Source: Raphidiopsis brookii D9 (GTDB lineage: Bacteria > Cyanobacteriota > Cyanobacteriia > Cyanobacteriales > Nostocaceae). Taken from it: 32,000 nucleotides of DNA. Shown piece after piece: positions 17,184 to 25,946 of the stretch; the first letter of the stretch is position 1; every line of letters begins with the position of its first letter. Under the pieces are notes generated by a model. It saw only the letters and a program-made list of their open reading frames with translations. It was not told the DNA's origin and searched no databases. Location of the stretch: positions 1 to 32,000 of the forward strand of contig ACYB01000036.1 in the NCBI GenBank assembly GCA_000175855.1, read 5' to 3'. A program made the translations under genes and the position numbers.

Positions 17184-20100
17184 CTATTCCACCAGAGATT
17201 CCGCTTCATGTACTAGATTTCTCAGGGTCTCCAAGGTCTCTAAACTTACATTTTCCCATAATTTTCTCTGATGTGCTTCTAATAACCTTTCAGCTATGTC
17301 ACGCAAGGCCCAAGGATTCTTTTCTCGAATGAATTCACACACTTTTGTCTCTTGTAAGTAACTAGTAAAAATCCCCTGATACATGTAATCTTCTACACAT
17401 TGAGCAGTGGCATCATAACCAAATAAAAAGTCTACTGTTGCTGCTATTTCAAAAGCACCCTTATAACCATGGCGCATCACTCCTTCAATCCATTTGGGGT
17501 TAATAACCCGGGAGCGATAAACCCTGGCAATTTCCTCTTTCAGTTTGCGGACCTTTGGTTGATTCGTATTAGCATGATCTCCAAAATAGGTTTCTGGGTT
17601 TTTACCTTGAATAGAACGAACTGCTGCGGTTAAACCTCCTTGAAATTGATAATAGTCATCGGAATCAAGTAAATCCTGTTCTCGATTATCTTGATTGTGT
17701 AAAACGATTTGCATTTGCTTTAAACGTTCTACAAAAATTTCAGTGTTAGCAACTGAAGATGGGGACTCCACAGTTCCCAAGTAGGGATGAGAACTCCAAT
17801 TAATATAGGCCTGAGCTAAATCTTGGTCACTTTGCCAATTTTGAGAGGCTATTAAACCTTGAATTCCCGTACCATAGGTTCCTGGTTGGGAACCAAAAAC
17901 ACGATAAAGGGATTTTTCTGTGGCCACTTCTAAACTTAATCCCTGGTGGGTCCAGAGGTCAATATCTTGTCGCACAGCAGTTACTAGGGGATTTTCCTCT
18001 AGTGGTTCATCTAAATTTGCCACTGCTACGACTGCTTGAGAGAATAGGTCGATTAAATTGGGGAAAGCATCCCGGAAAAAGCCAGAAATTCTCAAGGTAA
18101 CATCCACACGGGGACGACCTAAAATGGACAGGGGTAAGATTTCAAAGTCTATAACCCTTCTTGCTGCACCATCCCAGATAGGTTGCACACCCAATAGGGC
18201 CAAGGCCTGGGCAATATCATCACCTCCCGTTCTCATGGTAGAAGTTCCCCACACTGATAAACCCAGGGTTTTGGGATATTCCCCGTGCTCTTGAGTATAG
18301 GTTTCAATCAAGTTTTCCGCCGCCTTTCTACCCACATCCCAAGCTGTTTCTGTGGGAATAGCTCGAATATCCACAGCATAAAAATTCCTACCTGTAGGTA
18401 GCACTTCTGGTCTTCCTCTAGTGGGTGATCCAGATGCAGCACTGGGAACGTATTTACCATCTAATCCCCGCAGTAAATTAGTTATTTCTTCGGTGGTCTT
18501 TTCTAGAGCTGGAAGTAGTTTTGATTTTATCCAGTTCACAACTTGTTGAGTTGAGGATTGGTCTTGGCTTGTCTTAGTTTCATATAACTGATTTTCTATA
18601 ATTTGAGTCACTAGAACAGCAGCTTGTTCTTCCAGAAGTTCTACCACATCCCCCTGGGTGCGACAGGACTTTATTTCCATCTCCCTGGAAACCCAGTTGG
18701 GTAATGGACTTGATGGTGGATGAAATAGGTCACCATATTCTGCTGTTAATGGGTCAATATTTAATCCCCAGTCTTGAGCTATAGCACGGGTGATCCCCGG
18801 AGAGTGACGGTTGGGAATCCGGGCGATCGCCACTATTAAGTCTCTTAATTGTCTCCCCTGGGGAACTTGTCCAAAAACGTGTAAACCATCACGGATTTGT
18901 GCTTCTTTAAGTTCACACAGATAACCATCCAAAGAGTTTAAAATGGCAGATTCAAAGTTGAGGATATGTTTTTCATCTTTGATACCTAAATCTTGGTAAA
19001 GATGTTCTTGGATCACTAGTTCTTGAATACGCTGTTTTAATGTGGGTAGTCGGGAAGGATCTAAGGTTTGGGCTTCATAATACTCATCTATTAAATTTTC
19101 TACCTGTTGTAGGGAACCGTATAATTCCGCACGGGTCATAGGTGGGGTTAAATGGTCAATAATCACTGCTTGAGAACGACGTTTAGCCTGGGAACCCTCT
19201 CCGGGATCGTTAACAATAAAAGGGTAAAAGTGGGGTGTTGGTCCAAAAGCTACTTCAGGATAACAGCTATTTGATAGGGCCACACTTTTACCGGGTAACC
19301 ATTCTAAATTACCGTGTTTTCCTAGGTGAATAATGGCATCACACTTAAACACTTCCCTGACCCAATAATAAAACGCTAAATAATTATGGGTAGGTTCTAA
19401 ATCTGGCGCATGATAATTTAAACTAGGTTCTTGTTCATAACCTCGTGCAGGTTGAATCCCCACAAATATATTGCCAAAACTCACTCCACAAACTGATATT
19501 CCCCTTGATTCCCCCGAATTCATCCCCTCCCAATTCCCCCAACGGTTGAGAACTTCTTCCTGAACAGATTTAGGTAGGGTATTAAAATATCTTGTGTATT
19601 CTTCAAAGGAAACAGATTGATTTACGGGCTTCCAATCCCGACTTTCCGGATCATTGGTCACCCCAGCGGTAAGAACTTTGATTAGTTCATCACTGTTGCT
19701 GGGTATGGCACCCACATTATAACCCGCACCCTCTAAAGCTAGGAGAATTTCTATACAACTAGCAGGACTATCTAAACCTACCCCATTAGCCAATCTGCCA
19801 TTGGTGTTAGGGTAATTTGCCAAAATTATAGCTACACGCCTTTCTGAGGTCATTTTACGCCGTAATCTCAGCCAATTTGCCGCCAAATCCACCACAAAAT
19901 TAATGCGATCGCCTACAGGTTCATAAACCACCACATCAGATTCTAAGCTGGAATTGCGAGTTTGTAAAGTTTTGAAAGATACAGCTCTAGTAATAATTCT
20001 ACCATCTACCTCTGGTAAGGCCACATTCATAGCCATGTCCCGGGGGGTCAAACCTTGCAGTTGGGATGTCCATTGTTCTAGGGGACCACCAGAGAGGATG

Positions 20101-20987
20101 ACCTGAAAAACTGGAACATCCAATTTTTGCCAAAGTTCCACCTGGGGTGTTTCTGTCTCTAAACGTGCCAAGGAAAAACTTGTAGTATTGAGTAATAAAT
20201 CAATATGGTGATTCTCACAAGGTTGGAATAGGTGGACTAATTGTTCGCTCACACCCGGTTCCCGCAAGGAAGAAACAAAAACTGGGACTGGATGCAGATT
20301 TTTCCTCACTAGAGCATGACACAAAGCATCAATTACACGAACATTACCTGCTAAATAATGAGCGCGATAGAATAAAATACCTACTCTGGGTAATTGGAAA
20401 AAATCTAACTCATCGAGGGATTTACTACTTTCCAGTTTTGCAGGTTCATATAGTCCTACCCTGGGGACAGCTTGTGGTGGTGCTGGATGAAATCCAGTGG
20501 AAAGACAATTATTACAGACAAATAACAAACCATTCAGAAAGTTTTCCGTGCCACCTTCTTGAAAATACTCCCACACCTGACGGACAATTTTTTCAGAAAC
20601 AGTGGACTTCGATATTAAATCCAGATCAAGAGCGTCGTCTCCTGGCATTACAATAAGATTAGTGCTGTTGGTGGCTACAATTCCTTGTACTACCTCCAAA
20701 CCATACGCCCAATAGGAACCCCCTCCTAGTAGACGCAAAACTATTACCCGAGCAAGTTCCAACACTTCTTCAGCATAAGTGTCTATGGTCATCTGTTGCT
20801 GTAATTGCAGCAAATTGGCAACTCTCATCTGGGGAAATTCAACGGGCAATTTTGGCACTGTTGTGGCTAGGGTTTGTATATCTGTGTCAGCAGCAGTGAT
20901 AAATATAAAAGGGGCTGGGGTTTGTTCCAGAAATATCAAACTTTCTGATTCGTTCCACCCACCTGGTGTGGCATTGATACGATGCAT
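17184..20987 (-). CDS. cobN: Cobaltochelatase subunit CobN
   Basis: 1267-aa ORF with a CobN-type N-terminus MHRINATPGGW...FITAADTDIQTLA. It has IIHLGKHGNLEWLPGK and a conserved CobN/Mg-chelatase core throughout. Confidence 0.92.
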   Translation of the reverse strand: MHRINATPGGWNESESLIFLEQTPAPFIFITAADTDIQTLATTVPKLPVEFPQMRVANLLQLQQQMTIDTYAEEVLELARVIVLRLLGGGSYWAYGLEVVQGIVATNSTNLIVMPGDDALDLDLISKSTVSEKIVRQVWEYFQEGGTENFLNGLLFVCNNCLSTGFHPAPPQAVPRVGLYEPAKLESSKSLDELDFFQLPRVGILFYRAHYLAGNVRVIDALCHALVRKNLHPVPVFVSSLREPGVSEQLVHLFQPCENHHIDLLLNTTSFSLARLETETPQVELWQKLDVPVFQVILSGGPLEQWTSQLQGLTPRDMAMNVALPEVDGRIITRAVSFKTLQTRNSSLESDVVVYEPVGDRINFVVDLAANWLRLRRKMTSERRVAIILANYPNTNGRLANGVGLDSPASCIEILLALEGAGYNVGAIPSNSDELIKVLTAGVTNDPESRDWKPVNQSVSFEEYTRYFNTLPKSVQEEVLNRWGNWEGMNSGESRGISVCGVSFGNIFVGIQPARGYEQEPSLNYHAPDLEPTHNYLAFYYWVREVFKCDAIIHLGKHGNLEWLPGKSVALSNSCYPEVAFGPTPHFYPFIVNDPGEGSQAKRRSQAVIIDHLTPPMTRAELYGSLQQVENLIDEYYEAQTLDPSRLPTLKQRIQELVIQEHLYQDLGIKDEKHILNFESAILNSLDGYLCELKEAQIRDGLHVFGQVPQGRQLRDLIVAIARIPNRHSPGITRAIAQDWGLNIDPLTAEYGDLFHPPSSPLPNWVSREMEIKSCRTQGDVVELLEEQAAVLVTQIIENQLYETKTSQDQSSTQQVVNWIKSKLLPALEKTTEEITNLLRGLDGKYVPSAASGSPTRGRPEVLPTGRNFYAVDIRAIPTETAWDVGRKAAENLIETYTQEHGEYPKTLGLSVWGTSTMRTGGDDIAQALALLGVQPIWDGAARRVIDFEILPLSILGRPRVDVTLRISGFFRDAFPNLIDLFSQAVVAVANLDEPLEENPLVTAVRQDIDLWTHQGLSLEVATEKSLYRVFGSQPGTYGTGIQGLIASQNWQSDQDLAQAYINWSSHPYLGTVESPSSVANTEIFVERLKQMQIVLHNQDNREQDLLDSDDYYQFQGGLTAAVRSIQGKNPETYFGDHANTNQPKVRKLKEEIARVYRSRVINPKWIEGVMRHGYKGAFEIAATVDFLFGYDATAQCVEDYMYQGIFTSYLQETKVCEFIREKNPWALRDIAERLLEAHQRKLWENVSLETLETLRNLVHEAESLVE

Positions 20988-21155
20988 AATTCTTTACGAC
21001 TTTCCCCCGAACACTTTTACTTATTACAGTGTCATCATGGATAAAACCACCTAACAACTCACTATACCACAACTAATTACCCGCAAGCAAGGGAATTATT
21101 CTGCTTGTTTTTCCCAAATTTCAGGCACTCCGCCCATTTCATTAAAATCTTTAAA

Positions 21156-23087
21156 ATGCTTAGTGACACCGATTTGAGCTTTGCTGGCATCTTACCTTTG
21201 AGTATATTTAATCAACTTGGTGATTTGTTGCATCAGATAGCTCATGAAGTAGATAGTGCTGCTCTCATACTTACAGAAGCAGTATTAGTACGAACCTTTG
21301 CTCCCCCAGGGTGGCAACCACAAAGATTTATTCTTGTAGTTTCTCAGCAATTTAGCGCTCTTTTACTTGGTAATCTTCCAGACGGTGCCCAACAAGGTCA
21401 GTCCAGATGGGATACAAGTTTGGAGTCCCTCCATATTCACTTCACTTTTAACTCGGAGGCGATCGCAAGTTTTGCCACTAGACTAAGCGAATTGTTTGCT
21501 GCTAATTCTCAGATTTATCAAAATATCCTACATTATAGAGGGATGCTGGGAGCAAATAATGCCACTTACCAAAGTAAATTCACAATTTTGTTGTTACAAT
21601 ATTTGCTCCCTACTATTAGTCAAAATACAATTAATCCCCATGCTCTACCACCAGAAGGGTTTACTTGTAAACCTGTGGAAGATGCTCTTACCAAACAAAT
21701 TGCCCAAGAAAAACTCTTAAATCAAGTAACCACTCAAATTCGTAAAAGCTTAGATCTCCCCGTAATCATATCTACAGCAATCACCCAAGTGCGGGAATTT
21801 CTAGAGTTGGATAGATTGGTAATTTATAAATTTGTTTCAGCTCCTAATCATTCTTTGGCATCTCCCCAATCCATAGATCATCAGTGGTTTACCAAAGACT
21901 CTGAACACAATGGAGGCTGTGTAATTTATGAATCCCTTGGTGGAGAATCAATCAACTCCATATTAAATTCCCAAGAAGACTGTTTAGCAGTTCACTCCCC
22001 ATGTTGGCAAAAATATCACCAGGGTTTTATTTTAGTCGTGGAAGATGTGGAAAAAACCTACATACTGGAAAATTGCCTCCTCAATTTCCTCCGAACCAAT
22101 CAAATTCGTGCTAAGGTGGTAGCACCAATTATTTTTGAAAATAAACTGTGGGGATTACTCATTGCTCACCAATGTGATGCTCCTCGACAATGGACAGAAT
22201 CTGAAAAAGCCCTATTATCTTCCATTGCTGAACAATTAGCGATCGCCATCAATCAATCACAATTAATGGACTCATTGCGGGAAGCAACACGCAAATTAAC
22301 CCAAGAAAAACAAACTTTAGAACAAAGAGTAATTGAAAGAACCATGGCCCTGCGGGAAGCACTTTTAGCCGCAGAAGCAGCCAGTCGCATTAGAAATGAG
22401 TTTTTGGCTACTATTAGTCACGAACTATTAACCCCACTCACCTATGTAATTGGCATGTCCTCTACCCTATTACGTTGGCCTTTGGGGGAACTGACACCAC
22501 GACAAAGGGAATATTTACAAACAATCCACGATAGTGGTGAAAGACTCTTAGAAATGATTAATGATATTCTGGATTTATCACAAATTCAAGCTGGCAAAAC
22601 CGTATTAAATATTTGTGAGTTTTCCCTAACCAGGTTAGCAGAAAATATAGTAGACTCCCTATTAGAAAAAAGTACCAATGCCAAAGTTACCTTGAAACTA
22701 GACGTGCAGGTCAATCCACGCCATGATCAATTTAGCGCCGATCCTGGTAGAATAGAGCAAATTATTTGGAACCTATTAACTAATGCCATCAAATTTACAC
22801 CGCAAGGTGGAAGTGTCACCCTCCGATTTTGGGTGGAAGACAACACGGTTATCTTTCAAGTAGAAGATACTGGAATTGGCATTCCAGAAGAAAAATTACC
22901 TCTGGTTTTTGAAAAGTTTCAGCAGGTAGATGCCTCCTATCATCGTCCATACGAAGGTACGGGTATTGGTTTGGCCCTAACTAAACAACTGGTGGAACTC
23001 CACCGTGGTCGCATTGAGGTGGAGTCAACAGTGGGTGTTGGCTCAGTCTTTACCGTCTGGATACCTAGATCGGTTTTTGATAAATAA
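21156..23087 (+). CDS. Sensor histidine kinase with an N-terminal DICT-like domain, GAF domain, HisKA and HATPase_c
   Basis: The ORF track starts at TTG 21105; ATG 21156 (MLSDTDLSF...) is more plausible. It has a GAF-like segment (LDRLVIYKF...KLWGLLIAHQCDAPRQW), H-box FLATISHELLTPLT, N-box WNLLTNAIKFT, G1 VEDTGIGI and G2 GTGIGLALTK. Confidence 0.85.
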   Translation: MLSDTDLSFAGILPLSIFNQLGDLLHQIAHEVDSAALILTEAVLVRTFAPPGWQPQRFILVVSQQFSALLLGNLPDGAQQGQSRWDTSLESLHIHFTFNSEAIASFATRLSELFAANSQIYQNILHYRGMLGANNATYQSKFTILLLQYLLPTISQNTINPHALPPEGFTCKPVEDALTKQIAQEKLLNQVTTQIRKSLDLPVIISTAITQVREFLELDRLVIYKFVSAPNHSLASPQSIDHQWFTKDSEHNGGCVIYESLGGESINSILNSQEDCLAVHSPCWQKYHQGFILVVEDVEKTYILENCLLNFLRTNQIRAKVVAPIIFENKLWGLLIAHQCDAPRQWTESEKALLSSIAEQLAIAINQSQLMDSLREATRKLTQEKQTLEQRVIERTMALREALLAAEAASRIRNEFLATISHELLTPLTYVIGMSSTLLRWPLGELTPRQREYLQTIHDSGERLLEMINDILDLSQIQAGKTVLNICEFSLTRLAENIVDSLLEKSTNAKVTLKLDVQVNPRHDQFSADPGRIEQIIWNLLTNAIKFTPQGGSVTLRFWVEDNTVIFQVEDTGIGIPEEKLPLVFEKFQQVDASYHRPYEGTGIGLALTKQLVELHRGRIEVESTVGVGSVFTVWIPRSVFDK

Positions 23088-23088
23088 A

Positions 23089-23115
23089 CAGTATTAACAG
23101 TATTAACAGTATTAA
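23089..23115. repeat. Three perfect tandem copies of the 9-mer CAGTATTAA
   Basis: Read directly: units at 23089-23097, 23098-23106 and 23107-23115. They lie in the 46-bp spacer between the kinase stop (23087) and the nanE start (23134). Confidence 0.9.
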
Positions 23116-23133
23116 ATAAGCAATATTAACAAC

Positions 23134-23828
23134 ATGAACAATTTACTATCAAAATTACCAGAACTATCGGGGCTTATTGTGTCTTGTCAAGCTCCTGTTA
23201 CCTCACCTCTCCATAATCCCACCATTATAGCAGCTATGGCACAAGCCTCCGCAAACAATGGTGCTAAAGCTGTGAGGATTGATAGTCCCAATCACATCAA
23301 AGCTGTAAAACAAAAAGTTTCAGTACCAATTATTGGTTTATGGAAGCAAATTATAGCAGAGTCAGATGTGTACATTACCCCCCAATTTCACCATGCTTTA
23401 GCTGTTGCAGAAGCAGGAGCAGATATAATTGCCATGGACGCAACCCCAAGAAAACGCGCAGGAGGGGAAAAACTAGTTGATATCATTAGGGGAATTCATC
23501 AACAAATAGGTAAACCAGTAATGGCTGATGTAGACACCTTTGCATCTGCTAAATTAGCTATAGATAGCGGTGCGGACATAGTGGGTACAACCCTTTTTGG
23601 TTACACAGAAGAAACCAAAAACCTCATTCCTCCTGGGTGGGAACTTCTCAAACAAATAGTAGAAAACCTGAAAGTAGAACACCCAGAGATTCTTGTCATT
23701 TGTGAAGGGGGATTTCCTCCCCGGAAGAAGCAAAAAAAGCATTAGAGTTGGGTGCGGATGCGGTTGTAGTAGGGACAGCAATTACTGGAATTGACCTGTT
23801 AGTTAAAGCCTACATAAAAAGGATTTAA
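23134..23828 (+). pseudogene. nanE: N-acetylmannosamine-6-phosphate 2-epimerase; the C-terminal ~40 aa are frameshifted at a G5 run
   Basis: ORF 23134..23745 (LIVSCQA...VRIDSP...IAMDAT...ADVDT...GTTLFGYT...VICEGG) ends in the aberrant tail FPPRKKQKKH. Adding one G to G5 (23707..23711) gives ...EGGISSPEEAKKALELGADAVVVGTAITGIDLLVKAYIKRI, with a stop at 23826-23828. That is the expected NanE C-terminus. Confidence 0.8.
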
Positions 23829-23831
23829 ACC

Positions 23832-24080
23832 TCAATCGGGCCTTTTAGGAGACGGACGGTCCGTACTCCAGGCCCACCAAGCACAACCGCAGTGACAAAG
23901 ATAAAACTCTTGCCACTTACGACGATGGTCCGGGGTTGTCACAGGGGATCTTCGATTTAACCAGACTCCCACTGCTTCCCTGCTACCAGAGCCACATTTG
24001 GGGCAAAAAAAATTAGTAAGAGTGGACTGACCGATCTGTCCATTCTGGTGGGTTAGCTGCAAAAGCATCCATGAGTTCAA
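23832..24080 (-). CDS. Small hypothetical protein with two Cys pairs (zinc-ribbon-like)
   Basis: 82-aa ORF containing CPKCGS ... CHCGC. It is convergent with nanE, 3 nt after the corrected nanE stop. No family was recognised; whether it is coding is inferred only from ORF length and the Cys pattern. Confidence 0.35.
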   Translation of the reverse strand: MNSWMLLQLTHQNGQIGQSTLTNFFCPKCGSGSREAVGVWLNRRSPVTTPDHRRKWQEFYLCHCGCAWWAWSTDRPSPKRPD

Positions 24081-24106
24081 ATTCTCCGACCTCGATCCGG
24101 TAAAAT

Positions 24107-24714
24107 ATGGGATTAGTTCTCAAGGAAGACCTGAAAGTCTTTATGATGGATCCAAATACTGAAATTCGTCGTCTGTTGGATATAGTACCAGCTTCCGGAC
24201 GCATGACAATTAAAATTATCAGCAAACCGGAACAGAATCAAGTGATTAGTGCAGAGTTTCCCCTACCTTGGATTCAGAGTAAACCAGTATATATCAATTT
24301 TGAATTATGGAGACAGTTAAAAAAGCCACAAAGAGACTTGCTAATATTGTATCACACCAGTTGGTTAATAGGAATCAAATGGATACAACCGGATATTTAT
24401 CAGGGAGTAGTCCTAGTTGGACTATTAGGGGGGTAATAGAAACTCTTCAAGGTGATATAGTTGGTTTAGTCATAGCTGGTGGCTTAACCGTCATAAGTGG
24501 TGTAAAACTGTGGCAAAACAATAAGTCTCAGGAACTACAACTGAGAGCTGATAAAACAGCGATCGCTATTGCTCAAAAACGAGGCTACTCCGAATCAGAA
24601 GCAGCTGGACATTTGTTAACTGCTATTGAGACAGTTGCTAAACTTGAGGGAAGATTAGGTCTCAATTTTAATGAATTAATTCGTTGTCAAAATTTGCGAG
24701 CGATCGCCAGTTAG
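24107..24714 (+). pseudogene. Conserved cyanobacterial membrane protein (DUF3318-like), split by a frameshift at a G6 run
   Basis: ORF 24107..24436 (…MMDPNTEIRRLLDIVPASGRMTIKIISKPEQ…VVLVGLLGG-stop) and ORF 24307..24714 (…VIETLQGDIVGLVIAGGLTVISG…AAGHLLTAIETVAKLEG…) join seamlessly if G6 (24428..24433) becomes G7. The likely true start is at ATG 24143. Confidence 0.6.
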
Positions 24715-24869
24715 AGTAGTTAATTCCACCCATTGCGATCGCCTGGAATAATAGGTTATAATTCATAACTTTGGGATATCAAACAAGTCGTTCCAGGTGA
24801 AGCTAAACTTTGGTGAGCCATCCTGCTGACACCCAATTAAATGAGATTTGATAGGAAACAACAAAGACA

Positions 24870-25328
24870 ATGGTCAAACGAGTGCAGTTAGTATTAACAA
24901 AAGATGTAAGCAAACTAGGAAAATCCGGCGATCTAGTGGAAGTAGCTCCTGGTTATGCGCGGAATTATCTAATTCCCCAGAGTTTAGCCACCCAGGTGAC
25001 TCCTGGCATTTTAAAGCAAGTAGAGCGTCGTCGGGAAATAGAACGCCAACGCCAACTAGAACTTAAGCAACAAGCGGAAGAGCAAAAATCTGCTTTAGAG
25101 AAACTGATTAAAGTAGCGATTGCCAAACAGGTAGGTGAAAATGAAGCTATTTTTGGTACTGTTACCACTCAAGATGTAGTAGATGCTATTCAAGCAGCTA
25201 CAGGGCAAACAATTGATAGACGTGGCATAACTATTCCAGATATTAACCATTTGGGTACTTACAAAGCGGATATTAAACTTCACTCAGAGGTGACTGCCAA
25301 AATTGATATTGAGGTTGTAGCCAGCTAA
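24870..25328 (+). CDS. rplI: 50S ribosomal protein L9
   Basis: 152-aa ORF with [37 protein letters not shown], the canonical L9 N-terminal domain. Confidence 0.95.
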   Translation: MVKRVQLVLTKDVSKLGKSGDLVEVAPGYARNYLIPQSLATQVTPGILKQVERRREIERQRQLELKQQAEEQKSALEKLIKVAIAKQVGENEAIFGTVTTQDVVDAIQAATGQTIDRRGITIPDINHLGTYKADIKLHSEVTAKIDIEVVAS

Positions 25329-25379
25329 ATTGGTTATAGGTCATATTAACCATTAACTAATGATTGCACTGTTCAGTGG

Positions 25380-25405
25380 GATGCGTTAACTTGGGGTAAC
25401 GCATC
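25380..25405. terminator. Perfect 9-bp stem hairpin between convergent rplI and the DUF29 gene
   Basis: GATGCGTTA (25380..25388), an 8-nt loop, then TAACGCATC (25397..25405). It starts 52 nt after the rplI stop (25328) and ends 22 nt before the stop of the minus-strand gene (25427). Confidence 0.45.
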
Positions 25406-25426
25406 ACAACTAGTTCAAATAGGGAT

Positions 25427-25888
25427 TTAACCTTTTTCCCAAAATTTCTCATTTAATAATCTTTCTAGCTGGTTAGGAAAAGGGTAATCATCGGGAAAAA
25501 TAACACTAGGATAACTATCTTTCACGTTATCCAACCCAATTTGGTAACACTTGGGCAAAATTTCTAAAATAAAATTTTTCAAACTGGGCGAATCTTCCAA
25601 CTCAAACATTAAATGTTGACGAAAATTCCGAATTTCAATTTCCCAACTACGATTACAATCGGGTATTTGGACATAGCAACGTTTCAGTAAATGTTCTAGT
25701 AGACGCACCAAATAACTACGCACAGAACTGCGTTGACTTTTTCCCAAGGATTCCACCTCCTGGATCAAATTTTTCCAATCTACCTGTTGGAAATTCTGGG
25801 ATTTTAACTTGGCCACGGTTTCTTCAACCCAGAGAGCAAAATCAGCGTCATAGTGGCCTTCATAATCGCTAGTTTGAATATTCGTCAT
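25427..25888 (-). CDS. DUF29 family protein
   Basis: The ORF track begins at TTG 25927; ATG 25888 (MTNIQTSDYEGHYDADFALWVEETVAKLKSQNFQQVDWKNLIQEVESLGKSQR...) matches the DUF29 pattern (Y..DF..W...qa..Lr......lD..nl.EEie.lg). Confidence 0.8.
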   Translation of the reverse strand: MTNIQTSDYEGHYDADFALWVEETVAKLKSQNFQQVDWKNLIQEVESLGKSQRSSVRSYLVRLLEHLLKRCYVQIPDCNRSWEIEIRNFRQHLMFELEDSPSLKNFILEILPKCYQIGLDNVKDSYPSVIFPDDYPFPNQLERLLNEKFWEKG

Positions 25889-25946
25889 AATCAATAACAT
25901 TATCCATTTCAGAAACCATGTCAACAATTTAAGTTTACAATCATTT

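Noticed and set aside
24848-25066. ORF 24848..25066 (72 aa) overlapping the start of rplI.
   Set aside because: It is an alternate frame of the L9 gene with an Arg/Ser-rich, low-complexity translation. The rplI frame is the conserved one.
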